Shown: positions 40,361 to 49,036 of the stretch, in pieces | Layout of the letters: every line of letters begins with the position of its first letter | Numbering within the stretch: the stretch's first letter is position 1 | IMG/VR virus record: IMGVR_UViG_3300038424_000251 | Coordinates: 301,300 to 365,299 of that record | Direction: 5' to 3' (one strand) | DNA length: 64,000 bases | Made by a program: the position numbers and the translations under genes | The notes under the pieces: model-generated | Seen by the model: the letters and a program-made list of their open reading frames with translations, nothing else | What the model was told of the DNA's origin: nothing | Database searches by the model: none

Positions 40361-41491
40361 ATGAGTAAGAAAATTAAATTAAGAAATTTGTTGAATTTAA
40401 CTGAACAGGCTCCACAGCCACCAATGGCAAGCCCGGCTACTCCTGTGCCTGCTCCTGTTCTTCCCGCAGGTATGAGCGCAGGCGGTGCTGCGGCAGAAGA
40501 GGTACCACCAACCCCTCCACCTGCAGAAACATCACCTGAACCGGAAGACCCATCGGAATATGATTTCACTCGTGATTTTAGGGCATTTGAGGATAAAAAG
40601 AACAAGGCTGAATCTGATGCTAAGAAGGTTCTTTTGGATAAAATGAACAAAAGACTTTTGAACAAAACTGTTGTTGCTAATGCTTCACGCGGTTATGGAC
40701 AACCAAAAACCGATTACACTATAGAAAATATTAAGAAAATTAGTGTAGAATTTTGGTATAAGGATTATGTGGTGATAGCAACCGACCAAAATGATAAGAA
40801 ATACTTTTTAACTCCGGGTATAAATATTAAAATTGAAAGTGAAGGTTCTCAACCTGCTCCGGGTGCAGAAGAAAAACCAATAGCAGGTCCAGAAGTTCCA
40901 CCACAAGAACAACCAGCGGAACAACCACCAAAAGCTGGTGATGAAGAAGAACCAAATGTAGCATCTCCATCAGCACCCTCACCAGAAGAACAACCACCAC
41001 AGGCTGTTCCAATGGTTCCTACTCAAGAGCCAGCACCAATGGCTCCACAACAAACGGTGCCAAAACAAGCACCAGCTCCAGCAGAGCCATCGCTGGCAGA
41101 ACCAGAACCGGAGATTCCACATCGTAAAAAGAAAAAGAAACTTCCACCTGTAGCTGAATGGATTCAAAAAGATTTAAATATATTTCTTGTAGAATTTATG
41201 TCTGATAGTATAAAAGATGAAAATGGAAAAGTTAATTTTCTTCCTTATATAAAGAAAACATCAAAAATATTAGCTGAAAATGTAAATACTACCAAAATCA
41301 AGTACCAGTTATTGATTCCTGAAAATCATATGATAAATAATATAGATAACAGAGATATAAAATTGGCTGCAATTGATGCTATGAGACGACAAACGTATTA
41401 TGGCCAATATTCGAAAGGTTCGGTTGATATAGTTAAAAATGGTAGATATTATCTCTTGGAATATGTTAAAGAGATAGGATGGAACGTTTAA
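40361..41491 (+). CDS. Pro/Ala/Glu-rich head-module protein
   Basis: IKLRNLLNLTE N-terminus, PAE-rich linkers, directly upstream of the protease. Confidence 0.6.
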   Translation: MSKKIKLRNLLNLTEQAPQPPMASPATPVPAPVLPAGMSAGGAAAEEVPPTPPPAETSPEPEDPSEYDFTRDFRAFEDKKNKAESDAKKVLLDKMNKRLLNKTVVANASRGYGQPKTDYTIENIKKISVEFWYKDYVVIATDQNDKKYFLTPGINIKIESEGSQPAPGAEEKPIAGPEVPPQEQPAEQPPKAGDEEEPNVASPSAPSPEEQPPQAVPMVPTQEPAPMAPQQTVPKQAPAPAEPSLAEPEPEIPHRKKKKKLPPVAEWIQKDLNIFLVEFMSDSIKDENGKVNFLPYIKKTSKILAENVNTTKIKYQLLIPENHMINNIDNRDIKLAAIDAMRRQTYYGQYSKGSVDIVKNGRYYLLEYVKEIGWNV

Positions 41492-41492
41492 T

Positions 41493-42122
41493 ATGAATAC
41501 TAAACAATTATTAGTTGATTGTATAACCTTTGAATTTATCAAAGATAATCTCTTTGAAGAAGCTATTCGTACTGATGGAAGACGATTGGTTGTCAAGGGT
41601 ATTTTACAACGAGCAAATATAAAAAATCAAAACGGTAGGCTATATAAGAAAGATGTACTTTTTCGTGAATCAAAAAAATATGAGGAAAACTTTGTAAAAG
41701 AAAGAAGAGCATTGGGAGAACTTGACCATCCAGAAAGCTCAGTTGTAAACTTACAAAATGTGTCTCATAATGTTGTAGAATTACATTGGGAAGGTGATGA
41801 CCTTATGGGAACTGTTGAAGTTTTACCTACTCCAAATGGAAATATTTTAAAGGAATTATTTAAAGCCAATATTCGACTTGGAATTTCCAGTCGTGGATTG
41901 GGAACAGTCAATAAAAGTATAAATGAAGATGCAGATGTGGTTCAAGATGATTTTGAACTTATAGCGTTTGATTTTGTATCAAATCCTAGTACAAGGGGCG
42001 CCTTCATGTTTCCATCGGGTACTCTTCAGGAAGGTGTTAAAACCACTATTCAAAATCCAATTACCCAAAAATGGGAAAGGGTTGAGAATATTGTAAGAGA
42101 TATTTTAACTGAAATTGAATAA
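41493..42122 (+). CDS. gp21: Prohead core protease (T4 gp21-like)
   Basis: KNQNGRLY, ALGELDHP (His), LGISSRGLG (Ser), FDFVSNPS. Confidence 0.93.
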   Translation: MNTKQLLVDCITFEFIKDNLFEEAIRTDGRRLVVKGILQRANIKNQNGRLYKKDVLFRESKKYEENFVKERRALGELDHPESSVVNLQNVSHNVVELHWEGDDLMGTVEVLPTPNGNILKELFKANIRLGISSRGLGTVNKSINEDADVVQDDFELIAFDFVSNPSTRGAFMFPSGTLQEGVKTTIQNPITQKWERVENIVRDILTEIE

Positions 42123-42126
42123 TTAT

Positions 42127-42417
42127 ATGAAAAATAAAATACATGAAATAATAGCAAAACCAACTAAGTCTAGTACTTCAGCGCCATTAGGATTTAAATC
42201 CACTGTTTCAGTACCGGGGAGAGCTAAAGAAACTATTCAAACTATTTTGGATAACATTGGCTATAATCCACGAACATTGTCACATCAAGATGCTATACGG
42301 TTGCTTGAAAAGATTAAAGTTATTTTACAAGACCTTATAACTACAAAAAACGTTGAAGAAGAATCAAAATATCCTATATTTGAAAATGTTAGTGGAAATA
42401 CTTTCAAATTAAAGTAA
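42127..42417 (+). CDS. Small hypothetical head-module protein
   Basis: ATG 42127 follows the protease stop; MKNKIHE. Confidence 0.55.
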   Translation: MKNKIHEIIAKPTKSSTSAPLGFKSTVSVPGRAKETIQTILDNIGYNPRTLSHQDAIRLLEKIKVILQDLITTKNVEEESKYPIFENVSGNTFKLK

Positions 42418-42423
42418 TAATAG

Positions 42424-43689
42424 ATGAAGAAATCACAATTAAAATTGATAATTTCAGAAATTATAAAGCAGGCAAAATTACTTGAAAATGGGTTATCTCG
42501 TAATTGTACTGCTAATGATATTACATGGAAAGGAAAAAAAGGATATCAATGTTTAAATTGTGGTGCATGGGCTGAACATTCTTGGGATATTAAACATAAA
42601 AAACAAAATCCATTAGAAAAACCAAAATTTTTTGAAAATGATTTGAATGAAGCAATATCTCCAAAAAGTGTTGCTACAATTGAAAAATGGCGAAAAGAAG
42701 TCGGAGATAGACAAACTGGTGTAAAATTAATAGATACCGTTTTAGAAAGAAGACTTGGATTATTATCAGCAGATTTAGCTGATACTGCTATATTTGCAAA
42801 TGGATTGGATGCAATAGAAGAAGTGTTAAAGGAGAATAATTATGAAGCTGCTATTCGTCAAGCTATAGAAACTGCTAGGGAAATGATAGAGGATGAAGGT
42901 GGGGCAGGAATATGGGAAGAATACAGAAAATTACAAGAAGCTCAAGGATGGGCAGGTGCAGATGATAGATGGATTTCACACCCTATAACAAAAAAGGAAC
43001 CAAAATATTATAAAGAATATGGTGTAACATATTGTCATATTGACCTAAAAAAAGAAAAGTGTCCTCCGGGTATGAAAATTTTCCCCTACACAGAAGAACA
43101 TGTTCCTACAAAGAAAAAATTTCCAAGACAAATATGTTGTTATAATGAAAATGATTTTCGCAAATTATTAGGGCATTGGAATACAGCAGTGTGGAAATAC
43201 GAACCAACTAGTTCAATGTTACAAGAGAAAGTAAATAGGTCAGAATTAAAATTTATTATTAAAGAAATTGTCAGAGAAATTTATTCTGAACAATTTCGAC
43301 AAGATGAAATTAGTAATAAATGGAAAGCATTAGCAAGCGCCGCTTTGGTTGGATATGCTGGATTGCATACTCCTTTTGGAACAAAAACCGCTCAACATTG
43401 GAGTCAAACACCTGCTGGACAACAAATTGTAATGACGGCTAGACAAATGTGGAATCAAGTACCACCAGCTCAACGAACAGCAGAAAAGGCTAAACAAATA
43501 TGGGGTCAAATAATAAAACCGGGTCATATTGATATGCCCAATCCAAACGAACCATTACCATCAGAAAAAGGTATGAGTCCTTGGGATTTAGCTGGTAAAT
43601 ATACTGCAAGAAATGTGGACCTTACTCAAAAATTACAACCGTTTGTTAAACGTTATCTACCTCCTGTTAGTTCAAAGAATCCTTCTTAA
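42424..43689 (+). CDS. Multi-module putative internal head polyprotein
   Basis: MKKSQLKLIISEII start and internal RSELKFIIKEIVRE; modules bounded by LLE, LNE, LQE and LQE. Confidence 0.6.
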   Translation: MKKSQLKLIISEIIKQAKLLENGLSRNCTANDITWKGKKGYQCLNCGAWAEHSWDIKHKKQNPLEKPKFFENDLNEAISPKSVATIEKWRKEVGDRQTGVKLIDTVLERRLGLLSADLADTAIFANGLDAIEEVLKENNYEAAIRQAIETAREMIEDEGGAGIWEEYRKLQEAQGWAGADDRWISHPITKKEPKYYKEYGVTYCHIDLKKEKCPPGMKIFPYTEEHVPTKKKFPRQICCYNENDFRKLLGHWNTAVWKYEPTSSMLQEKVNRSELKFIIKEIVREIYSEQFRQDEISNKWKALASAALVGYAGLHTPFGTKTAQHWSQTPAGQQIVMTARQMWNQVPPAQRTAEKAKQIWGQIIKPGHIDMPNPNEPLPSEKGMSPWDLAGKYTARNVDLTQKLQPFVKRYLPPVSSKNPS

Positions 43690-43750
43690 TATATTCAAAA
43701 TATTCAGTTTAACATTAATTGCCGTTAAATGGATAAGATTTATCTTTTCA

Positions 43751-43779
43751 TTGACAATCCGCGAATTTTGTGGTATTAT
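43751..43779 (+). promoter_or_regulatory. sigma70-type promoter with extended -10
   Basis: TTGACA-17 nt-TATTAT with TG immediately upstream of the -10; ATG at 43789. Confidence 0.7.
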
Positions 43780-43788
43780 ATTTTTATT

Positions 43789-44253
43789 ATGAAAATTGAA
43801 TTCTATAGAATAGCAGAACCTTATGGAGATTTTTCCAATTTTTCAAGACATCCAATTGTTTTGAAAGGTAAAGTGTGGCCTACTACAGAGCATTATTTCC
43901 AATCACAGAAATTCGCTGGAACTGAACACGAAGAAGATGTAAGGCTTGCCAAAGGCCCGCGAGCGGCTGCTGAAATAGGACGTGACAGGAATCGTCCTTT
44001 AAGAGTTGATTGGGAACAAGTCAAAGAAAGCATTATGAAAGATGCTTTATTAGCTAAAATTGCACAATATCCTAAAATTAAGGAGCTTTTACTTTCTACT
44101 GGAGATGCAGAAATTGTTGAACATAGTTTCAAGGATAGATATTGGGCTGATGGTGGTGATGGTTCTGGAAAAAACAGATTGGGTATTCTTTGGATGGAAA
44201 TAAGAAAAGAGTTACAAGATGAAAAGAACCGAACGGCTCCGCAAGGAAGCTGA
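43789..44253 (+). CDS. NADAR (YbiA-like) family hydrolase
   Basis: FSNFS..WPTTEHYFQSQKF..DWEQVKESIM..AKIAQ..LLSTGDAEIVEHS..DRYWADGGDGSGKNRLG. Confidence 0.9.
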   Translation: MKIEFYRIAEPYGDFSNFSRHPIVLKGKVWPTTEHYFQSQKFAGTEHEEDVRLAKGPRAAAEIGRDRNRPLRVDWEQVKESIMKDALLAKIAQYPKIKELLLSTGDAEIVEHSFKDRYWADGGDGSGKNRLGILWMEIRKELQDEKNRTAPQGS

Positions 44254-44740
44254 AAAAACGATGGAAAAAATTCGCCTAATTGCGAGACATATTCGCAATG
44301 TGGAAGATAATTGCGTAATATTAGCAGAAAAATTATTGGCTTTGGGTGAAGTGGAATTAGCTAGAAATTTGGTTGCTAATGGAATGGTACACGATGCATC
44401 TAAATTTTTTGGTATAGAGTGGGAATATCTTTCTCTTGGAAATCCTGTAGAAGATGTTGCTAAATTGAAAATGAAATTGGCAATTCATCATCATAATTCT
44501 ACAAATAAACATCACCCCGAAGCTTGGCCGGGTGGCATTAAAGAAATGCCTGATGTATATTTGGCAGAATTTTGCTGTGATATTAAAGCAAGAAGTGAGG
44601 AATTTGGAACCGACTTACGAAATTGGATTGATGAAGTTGCAACCAAAAAATATTGCTTTACTAAAGAGGATGAAGTTTATAAAAAGGTAATGAAATTTGT
44701 TGATATGTTGTGTCCGCCGCCGTTTAAAGAAATTAAATAA
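44219..44740 (+). CDS. HD-domain-like protein (DUF5662-like)
   Basis: H..NV, HDASK, AIHHHNSTNKHHPE.W, MP...LAE..CD. Confidence 0.65.
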   Translation: MKRTERLRKEAEKTMEKIRLIARHIRNVEDNCVILAEKLLALGEVELARNLVANGMVHDASKFFGIEWEYLSLGNPVEDVAKLKMKLAIHHHNSTNKHHPEAWPGGIKEMPDVYLAEFCCDIKARSEEFGTDLRNWIDEVATKKYCFTKEDEVYKKVMKFVDMLCPPPFKEIK

Positions 44741-44769
44741 TTGACTTTTGTAATAAAGTGTGATATTTT
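44741..44769 (+). promoter_or_regulatory. sigma70-type promoter
   Basis: TTGACT-17 nt-TATTTT with extended TG; ATG at 44780. Confidence 0.45.
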
Positions 44770-44779
44770 CTTTATAATT

Positions 44780-45184
44780 ATGACACCAAAATCAATAAAC
44801 ATAGCAGTGGCAGAACAAATTGAAAAATTCGGTTCTGATAAAGTAGTTAATACAGTTGTGGAGAAATTAGTTAATGCTGAAGTAATTAAACGAGCTGATG
44901 CTCTTGCTGCAGCCATTAAGTTATCGGAAGAAACTCTCCGTGAAGCTCGCAAGGCTTCTAAACCAGACCAAGTAGCTATAAACGCTGATGGTAGTAGAAA
45001 TGAAACATTTTCTCCAAAAGCATTTGAAGCCAAGAAGAAATTGGATGAAAAACTAACCAAGATTGAAAACACAGTAGTAAATGCTACTGAAAAAGGTGAA
45101 TGGGGTAAATTGTATGAATTGGTAAAGGGCGGCGCTCAGCCAACAGCAGAAACCAAACCTGATGACGCCTCAACAAATAATTAA
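44780..45184 (+). CDS. Hypothetical helical protein
   Basis: Start placed at ATG 44780 because the TTG at 44741 is the -35 box. Confidence 0.6.
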   Translation: MTPKSINIAVAEQIEKFGSDKVVNTVVEKLVNAEVIKRADALAAAIKLSEETLREARKASKPDQVAINADGSRNETFSPKAFEAKKKLDEKLTKIENTVVNATEKGEWGKLYELVKGGAQPTAETKPDDASTNN

Positions 45185-45506
45185 TAGAATTCAAAAAGAA
45201 GCAGACGCTCGATTGGGTGATACCATCGAGCGTTTGTTTTTAATTTTACGAAATCGCCATACACACCAATGCTGGCGGAAGGAATGTGATTGTGAATATT
45301 GTCGGTTTATCAATGGTAAATATGTTCATGAAAAACTTGTATTACATGCATTGAAAAGACGAATTAGAGAACTTGATGATTATTGGAATGCATCTGATTA
45401 TGAATTACAGTTATTATGGCAATTACAAGCAGACCAATGGAAACAGAAAGCGAAAATTCGTTTATTGAAAAATCATAAAAAGGAATTACACGAAAATATT
45501 GTCTAA
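45162..45506 (+). CDS. Hypothetical protein with a Cys cluster
   Basis: HQC...CDCEYC; overlapping operon arrangement. Confidence 0.5.
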   Translation: MTPQQIINRIQKEADARLGDTIERLFLILRNRHTHQCWRKECDCEYCRFINGKYVHEKLVLHALKRRIRELDDYWNASDYELQLLWQLQADQWKQKAKIRLLKNHKKELHENIV

Positions 45507-45676
45507 TGGAAAAATATAATAAAATTTTTAAGAGAATGTTAAAATATCATTTTCATAGAGGATTGTGTTATCCATTGGATATAAACTGGTATGGAAATGA
45601 TGGTCATTATTTAAAAATAATTTTTTACATAGAACTCTTGGACAATCTTAGGGAAGTGATTCTTAAGAACGCTTGA
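45506..45676 (+). CDS. Small hypothetical protein (56 aa, not in ORF track)
   Basis: TAATG stop/start overlap; MEKYNKIFKRMLKYHF..VILKNA*. Confidence 0.45.
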   Translation: MEKYNKIFKRMLKYHFHRGLCYPLDINWYGNDGHYLKIIFYIELLDNLREVILKNA

Positions 45677-45700
45677 CATTTATGCTTTCTCTGATAAACT
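45673..45700 (+). promoter_or_regulatory. sigma70-type promoter of the nucleotidyltransferase gene
   Basis: TTGACA-16 nt-TAAACT with extended TG; ATG 6 nt downstream. Confidence 0.6.
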
Positions 45701-45706
45701 ATCTAT

Positions 45707-46933
45707 ATGAATTTGAATTGGCTTGTTCCAAATACTATTTACATAACTCTCCACGGTTCACAGGCTTATGGCTTGAATAATGAATTGTCCGATGTTGATG
45801 TAAAAGGTATTGTAATTCCGCCTAAAGAAATAGAAAATAATCTATTTCATCGCTTTGAGCAGGCAGAAAATGATAAATCTATTGAATCATTTTTGGAGCA
45901 TTTGAAAAATCCAAAAAATCCAAAATTTGAGTCCACTCTTTACTCTTTGAAAAAGTTCATGATTTTGGCTGCTAATGTAAATCCCAATATTATTGAACTA
46001 TTGTGGACCGACCCCAGTAACCATTTTGTTTTTAAATCACCAATGGATGAATTGATGGATAGTAGAGATTTATTCTTGTCATCCAAAGCTAAATTTACAT
46101 TTTCGGGATATGCATATAGTCAATTAGCGAAAATTGAACGACACCGCAAATGGATTGTTCGTGGTGAATTGACAGAACCAAAAAGAAAAGATTTTGGTTT
46201 GCCCGAAGAACGCCCAAGACAAATGAGTGAAATCTTTGGTTTAATCAAATCCGAAGTTGAACGATGGAATCTATCACAGTTTCCATTAAGTGAAATGGAA
46301 CGCGACGAATTAAAGTCAACCATTTGGGAATTAATTCTTAATGTTTCAGAAGTGGACGTTAATGAAGGTAATTGGCCTCAAATGTATGAGGCTGGTGTCA
46401 TTGAACGTTTGTCCAAGGAATACAACTTGAAGGAAGAAGTAATTGATATTTTACAGAGAGAACGACTTTACAAAAAGGAAATAGAAGCCTACAATTCTTG
46501 GCTTAATTGGAGAAAGAATCGTAATCCAGCAAGACATGAACTTGAAGTTAAATCGGGTTACGATACCAAACATGCTTCACATCTTGTTAGGTTAATGCGA
46601 ATGGGTTTGGAAATCTTGAATGACCGCAAGGTTATTGTCAAACGTCCTGACCGTGAGGAAATCTTAGCTATTAAAAATGGTTCATGGTCTTATGAACAGG
46701 TTATTGAATTTGCAAATTCCATGCAAGTAAAATTAGATGAAGCTTATAAAACTACAACTCTTCCAAAGACTGTGAATTATGAAAAGATTAATGAACTTTA
46801 TCATAAATTGTATGAGGGGTATCATAATAAAAATTCAAATGTTATTTTTGTTCAACCTTCCTGTAATCCTGAACCTATCGGTGTAGGCAGGATATCAGAT
46901 GGACAACCTCTTGAAAATAAATTTTACATGTGA
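45707..46933 (+). CDS. Pol-beta superfamily nucleotidyltransferase (RlaP/YcgL-like)
   Basis: HGSQAYG..SDVDVKG catalytic motif, NPNIIELLW, GYDTKHASHLVRLMRMG. Confidence 0.85.
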   Translation: MNLNWLVPNTIYITLHGSQAYGLNNELSDVDVKGIVIPPKEIENNLFHRFEQAENDKSIESFLEHLKNPKNPKFESTLYSLKKFMILAANVNPNIIELLWTDPSNHFVFKSPMDELMDSRDLFLSSKAKFTFSGYAYSQLAKIERHRKWIVRGELTEPKRKDFGLPEERPRQMSEIFGLIKSEVERWNLSQFPLSEMERDELKSTIWELILNVSEVDVNEGNWPQMYEAGVIERLSKEYNLKEEVIDILQRERLYKKEIEAYNSWLNWRKNRNPARHELEVKSGYDTKHASHLVRLMRMGLEILNDRKVIVKRPDREEILAIKNGSWSYEQVIEFANSMQVKLDEAYKTTTLPKTVNYEKINELYHKLYEGYHNKNSNVIFVQPSCNPEPIGVGRISDGQPLENKFYM

Positions 46934-46935
46934 TT

Positions 46936-47145
46936 ATGAAAATTACACCAAAACAAAGATTTACATTTCAAATAGCAGCTGAAAAAATTATTATAGATAT
47001 AACTTCTAAGAACGAACCTTGGTCGTCAAGAGTTTTAGCCGATGAAATTGTTAATATGGTTTTGAATACTTTGGAAAGAAAAAGAAAATCACCAAAAGGT
47101 AAAGAACTAAAACCTTGGTTAGCTTTTGGGTTTAAGTCAAAGTAA
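46936..47145 (+). CDS. Small hypothetical protein
   Basis: Operon spacing. Confidence 0.45.
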   Translation: MKITPKQRFTFQIAAEKIIIDITSKNEPWSSRVLADEIVNMVLNTLERKRKSPKGKELKPWLAFGFKSK

Positions 47146-47155
47146 TTATTAAAGT

Positions 47156-47380
47156 ATGGCAATTCCACTTAAAAAATTGATTGAAAATCCACACATATTG
47201 GATGAATTTTATGAAAAACATAGGGATTATTGTGCGTATTGCAAAGTTCCATTACAAGGTTTTATCACCGGTAGAAACAAATGCCCAAAGGGTGTTTGTT
47301 GTGATGATTGCTATTATGAAAAACTGGGAGAAGTTATAGAGCGCTACCCAATTTGTTCACCAAGAATTCGACGTGGATAA
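47156..47380 (+). CDS. Small Zn-finger protein
   Basis: CAYC..CCDDCYY. Confidence 0.55.
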   Translation: MAIPLKKLIENPHILDEFYEKHRDYCAYCKVPLQGFITGRNKCPKGVCCDDCYYEKLGEVIERYPICSPRIRRG

Positions 47381-47383
47381 ACT

Positions 47384-47686
47384 ATGACAAATAAGCGACT
47401 TGTATTACAGTGGGAAAATTTATCCATCAAATTTAAATCTGATAATTCCATGCGACCTTTAAAGGATATGTTTCTTGTCTGCTTGGGAGAACGTGAATGT
47501 AATATTAATGACAGGGGAAAAAAGGAGAGACTTGTGATTTTTGATGAAGGCGGTGGATGTGATGAAGGTGCCCCTATATTTTTTTGTAAATCAGATAATA
47601 AAGATAATTGTTGGATATTTGCATGGAATAGTAAAGAAGAAATTTTTATAAAAAGTAATATAGGAAAGTTTATAAAAAATGAATGA
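47384..47686 (+). CDS. Hypothetical protein
   Basis: Operon spacing. Confidence 0.45.
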   Translation: MTNKRLVLQWENLSIKFKSDNSMRPLKDMFLVCLGERECNINDRGKKERLVIFDEGGGCDEGAPIFFCKSDNKDNCWIFAWNSKEEIFIKSNIGKFIKNE

Positions 47687-48176
47687 TAGATTAAAATTAA
47701 GTCATCATTATCCGGGTGCTTATCATTTACCGAATGATTTGTGGACACCGGAAGAAATTGAAGAAGCGGGGTTTATTTTTGTAGAATATCCAACATTTAT
47801 TCATCAATTTGATGACCCCACCCATCCTATAATGAAATCGTATATTGATGGAACTGTTCCTAATGTATTACCAATGATTTGTAAAACAGCCAGATATTGT
47901 GGTGTAGGATACACAAAAACTTATGACCTTGATGCCGGCAGGTGGAGAGGTATTGAAAGTGTGTTTGATTATTTTAGTAAAAAAGATATTTTTAAACCTA
48001 TGATTTTAAAATGGATGAAAGATCAGAAATATCATTACGTTCATAGAATATCATTGGAAGATTCTCCGTTTATTTGGAAAGGAACCTTTGGAAGTTCAGA
48101 AATGTATTACCACAGACATGCCGTACATGTTAGAGGAACTAAATTGCCTATAAATCACAATTATGAAAAATGTTAA
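47679..48176 (+). CDS. Hypothetical protein
   Basis: Overlaps both neighbours. Confidence 0.5.
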   Translation: MNDRLKLSHHYPGAYHLPNDLWTPEEIEEAGFIFVEYPTFIHQFDDPTHPIMKSYIDGTVPNVLPMICKTARYCGVGYTKTYDLDAGRWRGIESVFDYFSKKDIFKPMILKWMKDQKYHYVHRISLEDSPFIWKGTFGSSEMYYHRHAVHVRGTKLPINHNYEKC

Positions 48177-48429
48177 ATATGTTGATCCCAAAACAGTAAA
48201 ACTTATTGATTTGGTGAGAGATAATAAGGTTGTAAGATTTGTTTATTTCAGGGATAATGAATTTTGGTATCAACACCAAGATGGATTTTTATTTCCAATT
48301 TCTCTTCAAGAAGCCACTACAGGTCGTGCTACATTCCTTGCCGAAGATAAAGCAATCTATTTTATGCGTTGGATGAAACGTTATATTGAAGTGTGTAAAA
48401 CTGAGGATGTAAATAATACTACAAATTAA
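48163..48429 (+). CDS. Small hypothetical phage protein
   Basis: FWYQ..GFLFPI..ATFLAEDKAIYFMRW. Confidence 0.55.
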   Translation: MKNVKYVDPKTVKLIDLVRDNKVVRFVYFRDNEFWYQHQDGFLFPISLQEATTGRATFLAEDKAIYFMRWMKRYIEVCKTEDVNNTTN

Positions 48430-48436
48430 GTAGATA

Positions 48437-49036
48437 TTATCCTTCTTTTGGTTTTTTAACAACCCAAGGTTTTATTATCTTGCTTAGAGGAACTGTTGGA
48501 ACAGGTGCAATTGGTGTAGGGCCTTGGCTAAGTTTAGATACATTATATTCATATTTGTAAGCGTTAAAAATTCTGTATGTAAGACTTTCAGTATAACGCT
48601 GAAGTAATATAAGTTTTTCTTGAGCTGTAAACAGGTCGTCTCCTATTTTATGGGGGTCTGTGGATTTTAATCTCCTTCTTTTTAAATCTACATTATTAAA
48701 TTCCAAGTAATCACCAAAAGTATAATCGTGTATGTTATCAGCGATATCTTTTACTGATTTAACAACTTTCATTTTATCTCTAAAATCATTATAATAGTAT
48801 GATGGAAGAAATTTTCCTTGAGGACCACTAACATTACTAATTGTTTTTGATACTGATACGAATGGAATTCCTCTTAAATGTCTAAAATTTGAGTCAAGAT
48901 ACATTGCGTAATTTTCCTTATTGCCATCTACGAAAACAATAACTGAGGGGGTGGGTAAACTTTCCAACAAATCTACAATATGATTGACATCTAATGGAGT
49001 TCTGCCGCTTCTTGTCGTTTCTCCAACTTCATTTAA
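48437..49036 (-). CDS. Hypothetical protein, probably the -1 frameshift extension of the 49815 gene
   Basis: The frame stays open for 22 codons upstream of the weak TTG start, back to the A9 run, and reads LNEVGETTR; no ATG in this frame. Confidence 0.55.
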   Translation of the reverse strand, partial: LNEVGETTRSGRTPLDVNHIVDLLESLPTPSVIVFVDGNKENYAMYLDSNFRHLRGIPFVSVSKTISNVSGPQGKFLPSYYYNDFRDKMKVVKSVKDIADNIHDYTFGDYLEFNNVDLKRRRLKSTDPHKIGDDLFTAQEKLILLQRYTESLTYRIFNAYKYEYNVSKLSQGPTPIAPVPTVPLSKIIKPWVVKKPKEG

